A DNA stretch of 64,000 nucleotides from an uncultured Pseudomonadota bacterium (GTDB lineage: Bacteria > Pseudomonadota > Alphaproteobacteria > Rs-D84), in NCBI GenBank assembly GCA_902774285.1, contig CACYHO010000001.1, forward strand, positions 73,303 through 137,302, given 5' to 3'. Positions 1 through 9,005 of this stretch are shown in pieces; within the stretch, counting starts at the first letter, position 1, and every line of letters starts with the position of its first letter. The translations under genes and the position numbers were made by a program. A model generated the notes under the pieces. It worked only from the letters and a program-made list of their open reading frames with translations. It was not told the DNA's origin and did not search any database.

Positions 1-2
1 GA

Positions 3-863
3 TCTATTCTTTCAACAATGATGGAAGGTTTGGCAATATTCCGTAACGCTGCGGTTCGTAACAGAACGTCTCATTCTGATTTTCATTTCAGTGACCTGCG
101 TGGAATGAAAGATCCAAGGGATGGCAAAATAAAACCTGTCAGCGTATATTTATCTATTAACATGGTGGACGCCCAGGCTTTAAACCCAATTACCGCTATC
201 TTTATCGAACTAATGTCCAGTTATTTGTTGGCACACAACACTGATCAAGTCGTAGACGGTATCAAAATGGGACCATATCCTGTATTATTCGTTCTTGATG
301 AAATGCCAAAGATGCAAAAATTGGATGCGGTTATCCAAGGACCAGACCTTGGGCGCGGTCAAAAAGTGTCTTATTTAATTATCGGTCAAGACATTCACCA
401 AATAAGCGAAAGATATGGTGCAGATGCTGCCGCTACTATTATTTCTACAACGGCCGCAAAAATAGTTATGCGTCAAAACGATCCTGAAACTGCCGAACGT
501 TTTTCAAAAATGATAGGGTTGAAAAAAACAAAAAAAATCGAAAAGAAAGACGACAAGGAAGTTGAGGTTCCAAAAGAAGAATATCTTTATTCGGAAATGG
601 ATATTATGAAATTAGAAAAAATGAAACAGATTGTTATTTACCAAGGTTGGTATCATCGTCCAATCGAAGCCGATCAAGAATGGCACTTCCTTAACAAAAC
701 ACCTGTTCAAAAGAAATTACATGAAAAAGTCCTTATGGGCGAAACATCCCCATTACCAGAATTTTTAATTCCATCACATCACGCGATTATGGGATACGAA
801 GGCGCACCACGTGTTCTAAACCCACAAACAAATGAAATAAAAATATTGGAACCTTTGCATTAA
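3..863 (+). CDS. TraG/VirD4-family type IV secretion coupling protein, C-terminal part (5' end off-window)
   Basis: The frame is open from nt 3, so the M at 18 is internal. PVLFVLDEMPKMQKL (Walker-B-like DE box), LIIGQDIHQISERYG and NDPETAERFSKMIG match the conserved T4CP core layout of VirD4/TraG. Confidence 0.7.
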   Translation, partial: SILSTMMEGLAIFRNAAVRNRTSHSDFHFSDLRGMKDPRDGKIKPVSVYLSINMVDAQALNPITAIFIELMSSYLLAHNTDQVVDGIKMGPYPVLFVLDEMPKMQKLDAVIQGPDLGRGQKVSYLIIGQDIHQISERYGADAAATIISTTAAKIVMRQNDPETAERFSKMIGLKKTKKIEKKDDKEVEVPKEEYLYSEMDIMKLEKMKQIVIYQGWYHRPIEADQEWHFLNKTPVQKKLHEKVLMGETSPLPEFLIPSHHAIMGYEGAPRVLNPQTNEIKILEPLH

Positions 864-881
864 GTGTTTTATAATCAGGGT

Positions 882-2084
882 ATGCGAAAAATTCTTTATC
901 TTGTATTTTGTCTGTTTTTATGTGGTTGTGCATCGACAATGCAATCGCATTTGAATGACATACAAAATAATTTTGCAGATTCAAATTTTCAAACAACAAC
1001 AGAAGATTTACCGTCCCAGCAAAACAATCTTGATTTATTAATAAACGGGAACGCCCTATTTCTTGATGGCAAATACAGCGAAAGCGATAAAACATTTGAA
1101 GAATTTAATAAAAGAAACCTAAGCGAAACATCGACATCTGTATCACGCGAAACAGCCGGTTTGTTGCTTGGTCAAAGCGTTAACTCATACAAACCATATA
1201 TGATGGATTCGCTGTTTGTATCTTATTATCAGATATGGGATTTGTTGGCCATGCATGAATGGTCTAATGCGCGTGTTGTTATAAATCAATCTTATCAGCG
1301 CCAACAAAATATGTCACGCGAATACAAAAAATTAATTGAAGAAAACAAAAAAGAAGTCAGCGAAAACAATCAAGTTGCAGAATTCATCGAAAAAAATTCA
1401 TCTGATTGGTTGGCGTTTCGTGATATTATGAATCCTGCATTGATGTATTTATCTGGAATCTATTTCCTTAATGATGGTGATTTTGATACCGCCATAACAT
1501 ATCTTAAACGTGCGAACGGTATGGTACCAGATAATAAATATATAAAACAAGACTTGGAAATGGCACAAAAAAGAATCAGACCAACAAACACACAATGGAA
1601 ATTTACAGAAACCGGTTTTGCACCACGACTTCGCGAATCGAACGCGTCTATTTATTTATTCGGCATCGGTCTTGTTCAATTTACTTTTTCTGATGCATAT
1701 CAAATGCCAAACTATACTATTCCAGAAAAATCAGAAATGTTGGCCAATGTGGACGCTATGTTCATGACAGAATATAATGAATATAAAACAAATGAAATAT
1801 TGCGCGCCTATGCGGCGGCCATTTCAAAAACTGCCGCCCAAACAATGATCTATAATTCTAATTCAGATTATGCGGCATTGTTTGGAATAATGTCTTCAAT
1901 TTATACCGCCGCATCTTCAAATGCAGATGTTCGCACATGGGCAACATTACCAAAATATATTTATGTTGAGCGCACAAAAAAATCTGATAACATCAAAACG
2001 AATGCTTTAGTTTATGTTCGTGAAATCAATGGAAAAATAACAGGAACAAAAACAATAGAATTAACAAAAGGAGAACACAAATGA
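882..2084 (+). CDS. Lipoprotein with helical/TPR-like repeats (uncharacterised family)
   Basis: The ORF-track start is GTG 864. The ATG at 882 gives MRKILYLVFCLFLCGCAS, a signal peptide plus lipobox. The stop overlaps the next start (ATGA at 2081). Confidence 0.6.
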   Translation: MRKILYLVFCLFLCGCASTMQSHLNDIQNNFADSNFQTTTEDLPSQQNNLDLLINGNALFLDGKYSESDKTFEEFNKRNLSETSTSVSRETAGLLLGQSVNSYKPYMMDSLFVSYYQIWDLLAMHEWSNARVVINQSYQRQQNMSREYKKLIEENKKEVSENNQVAEFIEKNSSDWLAFRDIMNPALMYLSGIYFLNDGDFDTAITYLKRANGMVPDNKYIKQDLEMAQKRIRPTNTQWKFTETGFAPRLRESNASIYLFGIGLVQFTFSDAYQMPNYTIPEKSEMLANVDAMFMTEYNEYKTNEILRAYAAAISKTAAQTMIYNSNSDYAALFGIMSSIYTAASSNADVRTWATLPKYIYVERTKKSDNIKTNALVYVREINGKITGTKTIELTKGEHK

Positions 2085-2686
2085 AACGAATGATACCTGT
2101 GGCACTTTGTCTTGCACTTGCTGCTTGTGGCGGAACACGTGTTGTCGATTTAAACGACAAAGATGAAGTTAACGCGATGCAACATGTTATGGAATTGGAA
2201 TATCGCGATTGGACAAACACTGCTGAAAAAATGACTAATTCTATGATTAACAGTGGCGCATTAAAATCAGAATCAAAACCGGTTATTGCAATGGGCAATA
2301 TTGTTAACGATACAACACAACGTTTTGATACCGATATCTTGACCAAGAAAATCAGAACAACCTTGTTGAATTCTGGCAAAGCACAAATCGCCACTAACTT
2401 CTCTGGCACAGATACAAATTCAGAAAAAATGCGTGCACAACGTGGTAATGACGAATATGCTCAAAAAACAATCGCCCAAAAAGGAACCTTAGTTGCACCA
2501 AACATGTCATTGTCCGGAAAAATGTTGCAAAGAAATTTGAAATTGGAATCCGGGTGGTTTTCATCTGTTGATACACGTGTAGAATATTATTTGCAATTAA
2601 CATTAACTGATTTGAAAACAGGTTTATCTGTTTGGGAAGACGAACAACCTATTATCAAAGAAGGTAAAGACGCACCAACTTGGTAA
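2081..2686 (+). CDS. LpoB-like (COG3417-type) lipoprotein, putative PBP activator
   Basis: Lipobox LALAACGG. PVIAMGNIVNDTT, LNSGKAQIA, APNMSLSGKM and YYLQLTLTDLKTGLSVWEDE follow the layout of the LpoB C-terminal domain. Confidence 0.5.
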   Translation: MKRMIPVALCLALAACGGTRVVDLNDKDEVNAMQHVMELEYRDWTNTAEKMTNSMINSGALKSESKPVIAMGNIVNDTTQRFDTDILTKKIRTTLLNSGKAQIATNFSGTDTNSEKMRAQRGNDEYAQKTIAQKGTLVAPNMSLSGKMLQRNLKLESGWFSSVDTRVEYYLQLTLTDLKTGLSVWEDEQPIIKEGKDAPTW

Positions 2687-2700
2687 TCATAAACAAAAGA

Positions 2701-2731
2701 AAAAAACACCGACAAAATGTCGGTGTTTTTT
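2701..2731. terminator. Bidirectional rho-independent terminator
   Basis: CACCGAC (2707-2713), loop AAAAT, GTCGGTG (2719-2725), with an A-run before and a T-run after. It lies between convergent genes. Confidence 0.7.
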
Positions 2732-3473
2732 ATAACCATGACGATTTTACAAACGAACCATCTTTGGAATTTATTCTCTGTTTCCCAACAGTTATAATTT
2801 GTTTACTATATTTTGGTTCAATTTGTTTTTTAACTTCAACTTTCCAATAAACTCCACCATTTTGTTTATTGATCGCATATAAATTATTATCTGTTCCAAC
2901 AACAAAAAGATAATCATCAACCATTATAAAATCTATACCAGTTGATATATTCAAACACCATACTTTATTACCATTGCTTGCATTTAATTTACAAAATGCG
3001 TCACCCAGACCACCCGCATAAACATACTTACTATCCAAACCAACATGCGCGACAATATCAACCATTGACGCACCGCCGGTTAAATTATTAGCACGAAAAA
3101 CATCTGTAGCCCAAACCTGTTTCTTGTTCGATGTATTTATTTTTACTATTTCACCTGTAGAAAGCCCCGTGTAAATAAAACTGCCGTCACATATTGGTGA
3201 TTGATTTGATTTAACAGCACTGTTTGTTGCAAAACCAGTCCAAACTTTCTGACCATCCAACCATATTGTATTTAACGCATCTTGTTTATACCCACAATTT
3301 GCATCACCATATATATTTGTCATATTATCCGACAATTGCGGTAATTCACGATTTTGAACAACAACATCGTTTGCATCAAAAATATCATTACGCACACCCG
3401 GCAATATCGGATCATGCTTTGAACACGAAGATATTGCAATCGCACACAATGAAAATATCGCTACTTTTTTCAT
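2730..3473 (-). CDS. bamB: Short PQQ-repeat beta-propeller lipoprotein, BamB-like
   Basis: Lipobox AISSCSK. Repeated x(I/L)Nxx(N/K)Gxx(V)W blades are present (VKINTSNKKQVWATDV, CKLNASNGNKVWCLNI, LYAINKQNGGVYWKVEV). It sits directly downstream of a YfgM-like gene, as in the yfgM-bamB arrangement. Confidence 0.6.
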   Translation of the reverse strand: MKKVAIFSLCAIAISSCSKHDPILPGVRNDIFDANDVVVQNRELPQLSDNMTNIYGDANCGYKQDALNTIWLDGQKVWTGFATNSAVKSNQSPICDGSFIYTGLSTGEIVKINTSNKKQVWATDVFRANNLTGGASMVDIVAHVGLDSKYVYAGGLGDAFCKLNASNGNKVWCLNISTGIDFIMVDDYLFVVGTDNNLYAINKQNGGVYWKVEVKKQIEPKYSKQIITVGKQRINSKDGSFVKSSWL

Positions 3474-3475
3474 AT

Positions 3476-4129
3476 TTATCTTAATGTTTGTGCTGTTGCA
3501 GAAATAGATGCGGGTGCATTTTTATCGCTTACAATTACATCCAATATCTTGTCTGCTTTTTCTTTTTCACCACTGGCAAGATATTTTTGTGCAACCATTA
3601 AACGCGATGTATAAAAGAAAGGTGATTTTTTTGTATCCATTGACGATACAAATTTTTCAAATTCATCCGCTTTCATTTTATCACCATTGATTGTAGCCAA
3701 GTGTAATTTTGCCAAATCTTTGAAATCACGGGTATGGCCTTTATTCGCCAAAGTTTCCAGTTTGTTAACATCTTTATCTATCACATAAGCCTGAAACAAT
3801 GCCAAATCTGATGTTGCCCCACCCTTGTCATGTGCCAAATTTGCCAAAGCATTTGCATCAATGTTGGCAATAGCACTTTCATAAACCGTCGCAGTTGCAA
3901 CTTTGGATGAATAATATATACGTGTTCCAATTTGAATCGCACTTACCAATATCATTATTCCCAAGACAGCCGCTGTTATATGACGCCAATATTTTTTCAA
4001 AAACTCTTGGGTTTTTTCATTATTTACATCTTCCCAGACTTCACGATAAAGAGCATCTTCCGCGTATTCTTCGCGTGTTTTCTTAACTGGTTGTTTAAGA
4101 TTCTTTTTTCTTTCTAAGATTGTGGTCAT
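3476..4129 (-). CDS. YfgM-like membrane-anchored TPR-like protein
   Basis: Charged N-terminus, a single TM helix (ITAAVLGIMILVSAIQIG) and a helical C-terminal domain. It lies immediately upstream of the BamB-like gene. Confidence 0.55.
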   Translation of the reverse strand: MTTILERKKNLKQPVKKTREEYAEDALYREVWEDVNNEKTQEFLKKYWRHITAAVLGIMILVSAIQIGTRIYYSSKVATATVYESAIANIDANALANLAHDKGGATSDLALFQAYVIDKDVNKLETLANKGHTRDFKDLAKLHLATINGDKMKADEFEKFVSSMDTKKSPFFYTSRLMVAQKYLASGEKEKADKILDVIVSDKNAPASISATAQTLR

Positions 4130-4144
4130 AATAAATCTCCTGTC

Positions 4145-4172
4145 TTGATAATTTGTATTTTATTGCTATACT
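4145..4172 (+). promoter_or_regulatory. Sigma70-type promoter candidate for rpoH
   Basis: TTGATA (4145-4150), 16-nt spacer, TATACT (4167-4172). Only 9 nt separate the -10 box from the ATG at 4182. Confidence 0.4.
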
Positions 4173-4181
4173 ATAAAAGTT

Positions 4182-5114
4182 ATGAGCAAGGAAATCAAGA
4201 CAACTTTACCAGCAACTAAAACAAATGCCCCTGTTCCTTTTGTTGGGGGTGCTGGTGACGATGTCAGTTTGTCCAAATACATCACAGAAATTCAAAAGTT
4301 CCCTATTTTGTCTGCCGAACAAGAATATGAATATGCCACAAAATGGGTCAAAGAGCACGACAATATTGCGGCTGAAAAATTGGTGGCATCACATTTGCGC
4401 CTTGTGGTATCTGTGGCATACGATTTCAAAAACTATGGGTTACCAGTATCCGATTTGATTGCCAGTGGTAATATGGGATTAATGCAGGCATTGCAAAAAT
4501 TTGACCCAGAAAAAGGCTTCCGTTTTTCAACTTATGCGATGTTTTGGATCAAAGCAGAAATATATGAAACAATTCTTAACAATTGGTCCATCGTCAAAAT
4601 GGGTAATTCTGCGAATCAGAAACGTGTTTTCTTTAATCTTACACGTGCAAAGCGCGCATTGGGCATAATGGACAATTCATTATCCGGCGAACAAACAAAA
4701 CAAATTGCGGAATATTTATCTGTTCCAGAAAACGACGTTGAACGCGTGGCCACACGTATGTCTGCACGCGATGTATCACTTAATTCGCCTCTTAATACAG
4801 ATTCTGATTCAAAAGACATCTTATCAAATATGGCCGATTCCCGTATTAATATTGAAGACGGTCTGGAACAACTGGAATTCAAACGCAAAGGTTATGAATT
4901 ATTAAAAAAGCATCTGGAAACACTGCCAGAACGCGATCGTGAAATTTTGCGTGCAAGACGCCTTTCTGATCCAGCGATGACCCTTGAAACGCTTTCACAA
5001 AAATATGGTATATCACGTGAACGTGTCCGCCAAATTGAAGAAAGGGCTTTTAATAAATTAAGAAATGCTATATTATCTGAATCAGAACCAAAGAAAATAA
5101 CAGGAACAAAATGA
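4182..5114 (+). CDS. rpoH: RNA polymerase sigma-32 (heat-shock) factor
   Basis: Sigma70 regions 2-4 are present, with the RpoH-box-like QKRVFFNLTRAKR, plus FRFSTYAMFWIKAEI and GISRERVRQIEERA. Confidence 0.93.
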   Translation: MSKEIKTTLPATKTNAPVPFVGGAGDDVSLSKYITEIQKFPILSAEQEYEYATKWVKEHDNIAAEKLVASHLRLVVSVAYDFKNYGLPVSDLIASGNMGLMQALQKFDPEKGFRFSTYAMFWIKAEIYETILNNWSIVKMGNSANQKRVFFNLTRAKRALGIMDNSLSGEQTKQIAEYLSVPENDVERVATRMSARDVSLNSPLNTDSDSKDILSNMADSRINIEDGLEQLEFKRKGYELLKKHLETLPERDREILRARRLSDPAMTLETLSQKYGISRERVRQIEERAFNKLRNAILSESEPKKITGTK

Positions 5115-6151
5115 TAAAAAAAGTATCGTTGGTTTCATCATTATGTTGTTTATTTTGCGCAAATGCGTTTGCGTTTGATTATTCTACACAAAAATGGGAT
5201 TTTCAACTTGATGCAGATGGCATGGCTGGATTTTTAGAAACAAAAGACGATAAACCACTTGGCATATTTGATTGGGATGTAAAAGCCAGCGCAATCTATC
5301 ATCTTAATTCCACACAACGTATCGGTGCAGTGTATTCGATCGATGCTGATTGCGTTGAAGATGACGAATATATACACGATGCTTTTGTTTTATTCCAAGA
5401 CAGAACTGTCGGCCGTGTCGAATTTGGTTTAACACACTCAATTGCCAGAAAAATGGGATTGGGGCTACCAGATGTTGGTTATTTAAGACTAAACAACAAA
5501 TCTATTTTATACAGAAAACTTAATTTAAACAAAGTTTTAATATCAGACACAACAGCAACCACAGGTCATGAATCATTGCGATTAAACCTTGCTACAATAT
5601 CAACTGATTACGGACAATATGGTTTATCTATTGCTGGTGGCGGTGATGATTTTGATTTTGCATTTGATACCGCGGCAAAATTTAAACAACCTTTTGGGAA
5701 ATTAAAAGCCGCCTATTCCATCGCATTATCGTACATGGACAAACCACATGGTTATGAAGAAAATTCTTATACACCACCAGTATATGCAGATTGGCGCGGT
5801 CAAGCAGCTTTGGGATTGAATCTGCAATACAATAGCTTTGTCTTTGGTCTATCCGCACGTTTAATATACGATAACGATCCGATTGGTCTAACATCTGACG
5901 GGTTGGTTGCAGGAACTGGGCTTAGTTACGACTTCTTACAAAGCAGTCTTTCAGTAAACTATTTGTTCTCTGATACAAATTTATGGACACATCGCGATAA
6001 AATTACCGGCAAAGAAATTTCTGGGAATTACACAAATACAGTTATCGCATCTTTCAGACACAAATACAGTGAACACACATCTTTGTTTATGTCTGGCGGA
6101 ATTGCAGACACAACACCATTTTTTGCCGTTGGTATAAAAACAGGTTTTTAA
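5111..6151 (+). CDS. Beta-barrel outer membrane protein (porin-like), uncharacterised
   Basis: Signal peptide ending ANAFA-FD, alternating beta-strand pattern and C-terminal Phe (IKTGF). The start overlaps the rpoH stop (ATGA). Confidence 0.6.
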   Translation: MIKKVSLVSSLCCLFCANAFAFDYSTQKWDFQLDADGMAGFLETKDDKPLGIFDWDVKASAIYHLNSTQRIGAVYSIDADCVEDDEYIHDAFVLFQDRTVGRVEFGLTHSIARKMGLGLPDVGYLRLNNKSILYRKLNLNKVLISDTTATTGHESLRLNLATISTDYGQYGLSIAGGGDDFDFAFDTAAKFKQPFGKLKAAYSIALSYMDKPHGYEENSYTPPVYADWRGQAALGLNLQYNSFVFGLSARLIYDNDPIGLTSDGLVAGTGLSYDFLQSSLSVNYLFSDTNLWTHRDKITGKEISGNYTNTVIASFRHKYSEHTSLFMSGGIADTTPFFAVGIKTGF

Positions 6152-6154
6152 AAA

Positions 6155-6181
6155 AACGCCGTATTGGCGGTCTTTTTTTTA
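6155..6181. terminator. Weak bidirectional terminator hairpin
   Basis: A-run, CGCC (6157-6160), loop GTATT, GGCG (6166-6169), then a T-run (6172-6180), between convergent genes. The stem is only 4-5 bp. Confidence 0.4.
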
Positions 6182-6781
6182 GAAAGTACAAATCGAATTT
6201 GCATCTATGTTTTTAACCATAAACCAAACCGTTTTATAATCAGACATATATATGCATCCCAATAATACGAAACATGCCATAACAACAAATAATACACTTA
6301 CCCTTTTGCCATGCATACAATAAACAGCTATGTTATAAAGCAAAAACGCCATGTATAAATCTGTCAGCAAACTGATAAACCAAATAGATACACAATCAAC
6401 TGCTAATGAATTCAAAATTAATGCCAATGGATAAATAAAGAATATAGAAGCAATACCTTTAACTGCGATTTCCCAATCACGTTCACCACCAGTGATTTCA
6501 GATACCAACATCATCAATCCGGAAAAGATAAACAGCAACATTACCGCCAACACAGGATAAATTATCAAAGATTTGAAAAAGGCACCTATTGTAAACGCAT
6601 CCAAACCGGCACGACAAATGTTTATTACAAAAACCAATATACCGCCAACCAATCCCCAAAGGAAAGCCTTTAACATCGCGTCTTCCATTTTACCATCTGC
6701 AACAATACGTGAAAAGAAGTATTTTGGACGAAAGAATATATCTGTTAAACGTGAAAACCAGTTTCTTTTCTTTGCTTTCAT
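6179..6781 (-). CDS. Polytopic inner-membrane protein (possibly Yip1-like)
   Basis: 200 aa with about 5 hydrophobic helices after a basic N-terminus. The family call is tentative. Confidence 0.5.
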   Translation of the reverse strand: MKAKKRNWFSRLTDIFFRPKYFFSRIVADGKMEDAMLKAFLWGLVGGILVFVINICRAGLDAFTIGAFFKSLIIYPVLAVMLLFIFSGLMMLVSEITGGERDWEIAVKGIASIFFIYPLALILNSLAVDCVSIWFISLLTDLYMAFLLYNIAVYCMHGKRVSVLFVVMACFVLLGCIYMSDYKTVWFMVKNIDANSICTF

Positions 6782-6837
6782 TTTTTGCCCCCGATGTTTG
6801 ATTATTTATATTTTTGCTTTATAATTATAAAAAATCA

Positions 6838-8175
6838 ATGGAAAAAGACATGAAGAACATAGTTATTGTCGGTCGTCCAAATACTGGCAAATCGACACTT
6901 TTTAATGGATTAACAAATTCACGCGATGCACTGGTTCACGATCGCCCAGGTGTTACACGTGACGTTATTTCTGGAAAAATTCCAAACCGTCCATGGACTG
7001 TATATGATACTGCTGGTCTTGAAAATGAAAAATCCGGCATTGCGCATAATTCAACAGACATGGCAATAAAAACTATTGAAAACGCTGATGCTATTTTATT
7101 TGTGGTAGATGGTCGTGTTGGATTGAACCCTATGGATTTAGAATGGGCAAAATTAGTCCATAAAAAAAGCAAAGCGCCCGCCCTGCTTTTGATAAACAAA
7201 TCAGAATCTGCAAAAAGATTATCTGATGTTCATGATTTTTACAAATTGGGATTTGGTGAACCATTGTTAATATCAGCAGAACATAAACGCGGTTTTGATG
7301 AAGTCTACGAATTTATGGATAAAATTTCCGGTACAGAAAATACAGAAGAAGAAACCGAAGATAAAACAATTAAGATTGCCGTTCTTGGACAACCTAACGT
7401 TGGAAAATCTACATTTGTAAATCGTGTATTGGGCGAACAAAGACAAATCGTTATGGATGCCCCAGGAATTACACGCGATACAGTTAAAATTCCAACACGT
7501 TTTTATGGTCGTGATATTGTTATTATGGATACAGCAGGCCTTCGTAGAAAAGCTGGTGTCAAAGATGACGTAGAAACATTATCTGCATTAAAATCATTGG
7601 ATGCTATTGAAAAATCAGATATTGTTATTTTGATAGTGGACGCAACAAAGAATATTGAAAATCAGGCGCTTGGGATTGCTTCCCGTGTATATGATGCTGG
7701 CAAAATTTTATGTGTAGCCCTTAATAAATGGGATTTGGTTGAAGAAGCAGAACGTGATGAAAAACTTTTAAAACTAAAACACCAATTTACAAATTCTTTC
7801 CATCAAATTATAAAGCCTTTGATATTGGCTATATCTGCAGAAAAAGGCACAGGCGTTCAAAATCTTTTCAAAAGAATTTATGAACAATGGGATATTTCTA
7901 ACACGGATGCCCCAACAAGTTTGATTAACCGCATAATTGAAAAATTAGTGGCAGAACGTCAACCACCTATGTCACGTCTTAAACGTCCAATGAAAATTAA
8001 ATTTGCGCGTCAGACTGGACACCATCCTGTAAAGATCACTATCAATGTTGGTGGCGCATCAGATATTCCAGAATCTTATACGCGTTATCTGCGACGTGGT
8101 ATCGCAACGGCATTACATATGGAACATTTACCAATTATTATTGAATACAAAAAAGAAGAAAATCCGTTTGATTAA
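6838..8175 (+). CDS. der: Ribosome-associated GTPase Der (EngA)
   Basis: Two tandem GTPase domains (GRPNTGKST and GQPNVGKST, DTAG twice, NKSE/NKWD) plus a KH-like C-terminus. The ATG at 6838 (or 6850) is preferred over the TTG at 6814. Confidence 0.93.
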   Translation: MEKDMKNIVIVGRPNTGKSTLFNGLTNSRDALVHDRPGVTRDVISGKIPNRPWTVYDTAGLENEKSGIAHNSTDMAIKTIENADAILFVVDGRVGLNPMDLEWAKLVHKKSKAPALLLINKSESAKRLSDVHDFYKLGFGEPLLISAEHKRGFDEVYEFMDKISGTENTEEETEDKTIKIAVLGQPNVGKSTFVNRVLGEQRQIVMDAPGITRDTVKIPTRFYGRDIVIMDTAGLRRKAGVKDDVETLSALKSLDAIEKSDIVILIVDATKNIENQALGIASRVYDAGKILCVALNKWDLVEEAERDEKLLKLKHQFTNSFHQIIKPLILAISAEKGTGVQNLFKRIYEQWDISNTDAPTSLINRIIEKLVAERQPPMSRLKRPMKIKFARQTGHHPVKITINVGGASDIPESYTRYLRRGIATALHMEHLPIIIEYKKEENPFD

Positions 8176-8198
8176 AAAACCGCCTGTACGGCGGTTTT
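8176..8198. terminator. Bidirectional terminator
   Basis: A-run, CCGCC (8180-8184), loop TGTAC, GGCGG (8190-8194), TTTT. It lies between der and the convergent hemolysin-III gene. Confidence 0.6.
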
Positions 8199-8199
8199 A

Positions 8200-8976
8200 T
8201 TATGCTATACATTTTGTTGCAAAATCTATGATTGAACCGTAAAGGACAGAGAAAAAGAAACACACACTGCCCCCAATCACGAACAAATGCCAAAGTGCGT
8301 GCGCGAACTTCATACGGCGCCACAAATAGAATATAACACCAACAGAATAAGACAAACCACCAGCTAATAAAAACCACATACCACGTGCGGAAATTGTTTG
8401 AATCATCGCAGGTAATATCCAAAGCAACGCCCATCCCATAACCAAATACAATGCAACCATCCATTTTGGTTGTTTATGCGGGCTGATTATTTTCATAACT
8501 GCACCAAATATAACTATGGCCCACAATATACCAAACATGGTCCAACCCAGCGCAGTATGACCACAGCGATTCAAATTTACCAATAAAAACGGGGTATAAG
8601 TTCCAGCAATCAACGCATATATTGCGATAGTGTCCCACACTTCAAAAAAACATTCGCATCTATCACCGATTGTTGCATGACACATTGTTGAACCGAAATA
8701 CAAAGTGAACATTGTTGCACCAAATATAGAACATGCAACCGTTGCCCAAACATTATGATGAACCACTGCGAAAGCCACCAATAAACACAATGCAGCAATT
8801 GCCAAACCAATTCCAATACCATGTGTTAAAATATTGATTGCTTCTTCTGCATGAGTACTTGGGCGTTCCCAACGAAATAAACCTGTTGCTTGTAATACTT
8901 TCAATAACTTTGACGCGTGTTTATCTTTCTTTACCGCACGCAATTTCTGCTTGATAACTTTTTTTGTCTTTGTCAT
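8200..8976 (-). CDS. Hemolysin III / PAQR family channel protein
   Basis: Seven-TM protein with INILTHGIG near TM1 and conserved His residues (CHATI, HALWHLFV), typical of the HlyIII/YqfA family. Confidence 0.85.
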   Translation of the reverse strand: MTKTKKVIKQKLRAVKKDKHASKLLKVLQATGLFRWERPSTHAEEAINILTHGIGIGLAIAALCLLVAFAVVHHNVWATVACSIFGATMFTLYFGSTMCHATIGDRCECFFEVWDTIAIYALIAGTYTPFLLVNLNRCGHTALGWTMFGILWAIVIFGAVMKIISPHKQPKWMVALYLVMGWALLWILPAMIQTISARGMWFLLAGGLSYSVGVIFYLWRRMKFAHALWHLFVIGGSVCFFFSVLYGSIIDFATKCIA

Positions 8977-9005
8977 TAAAAATTCCCCTTTCTTTCCATT
9001 TTTAA

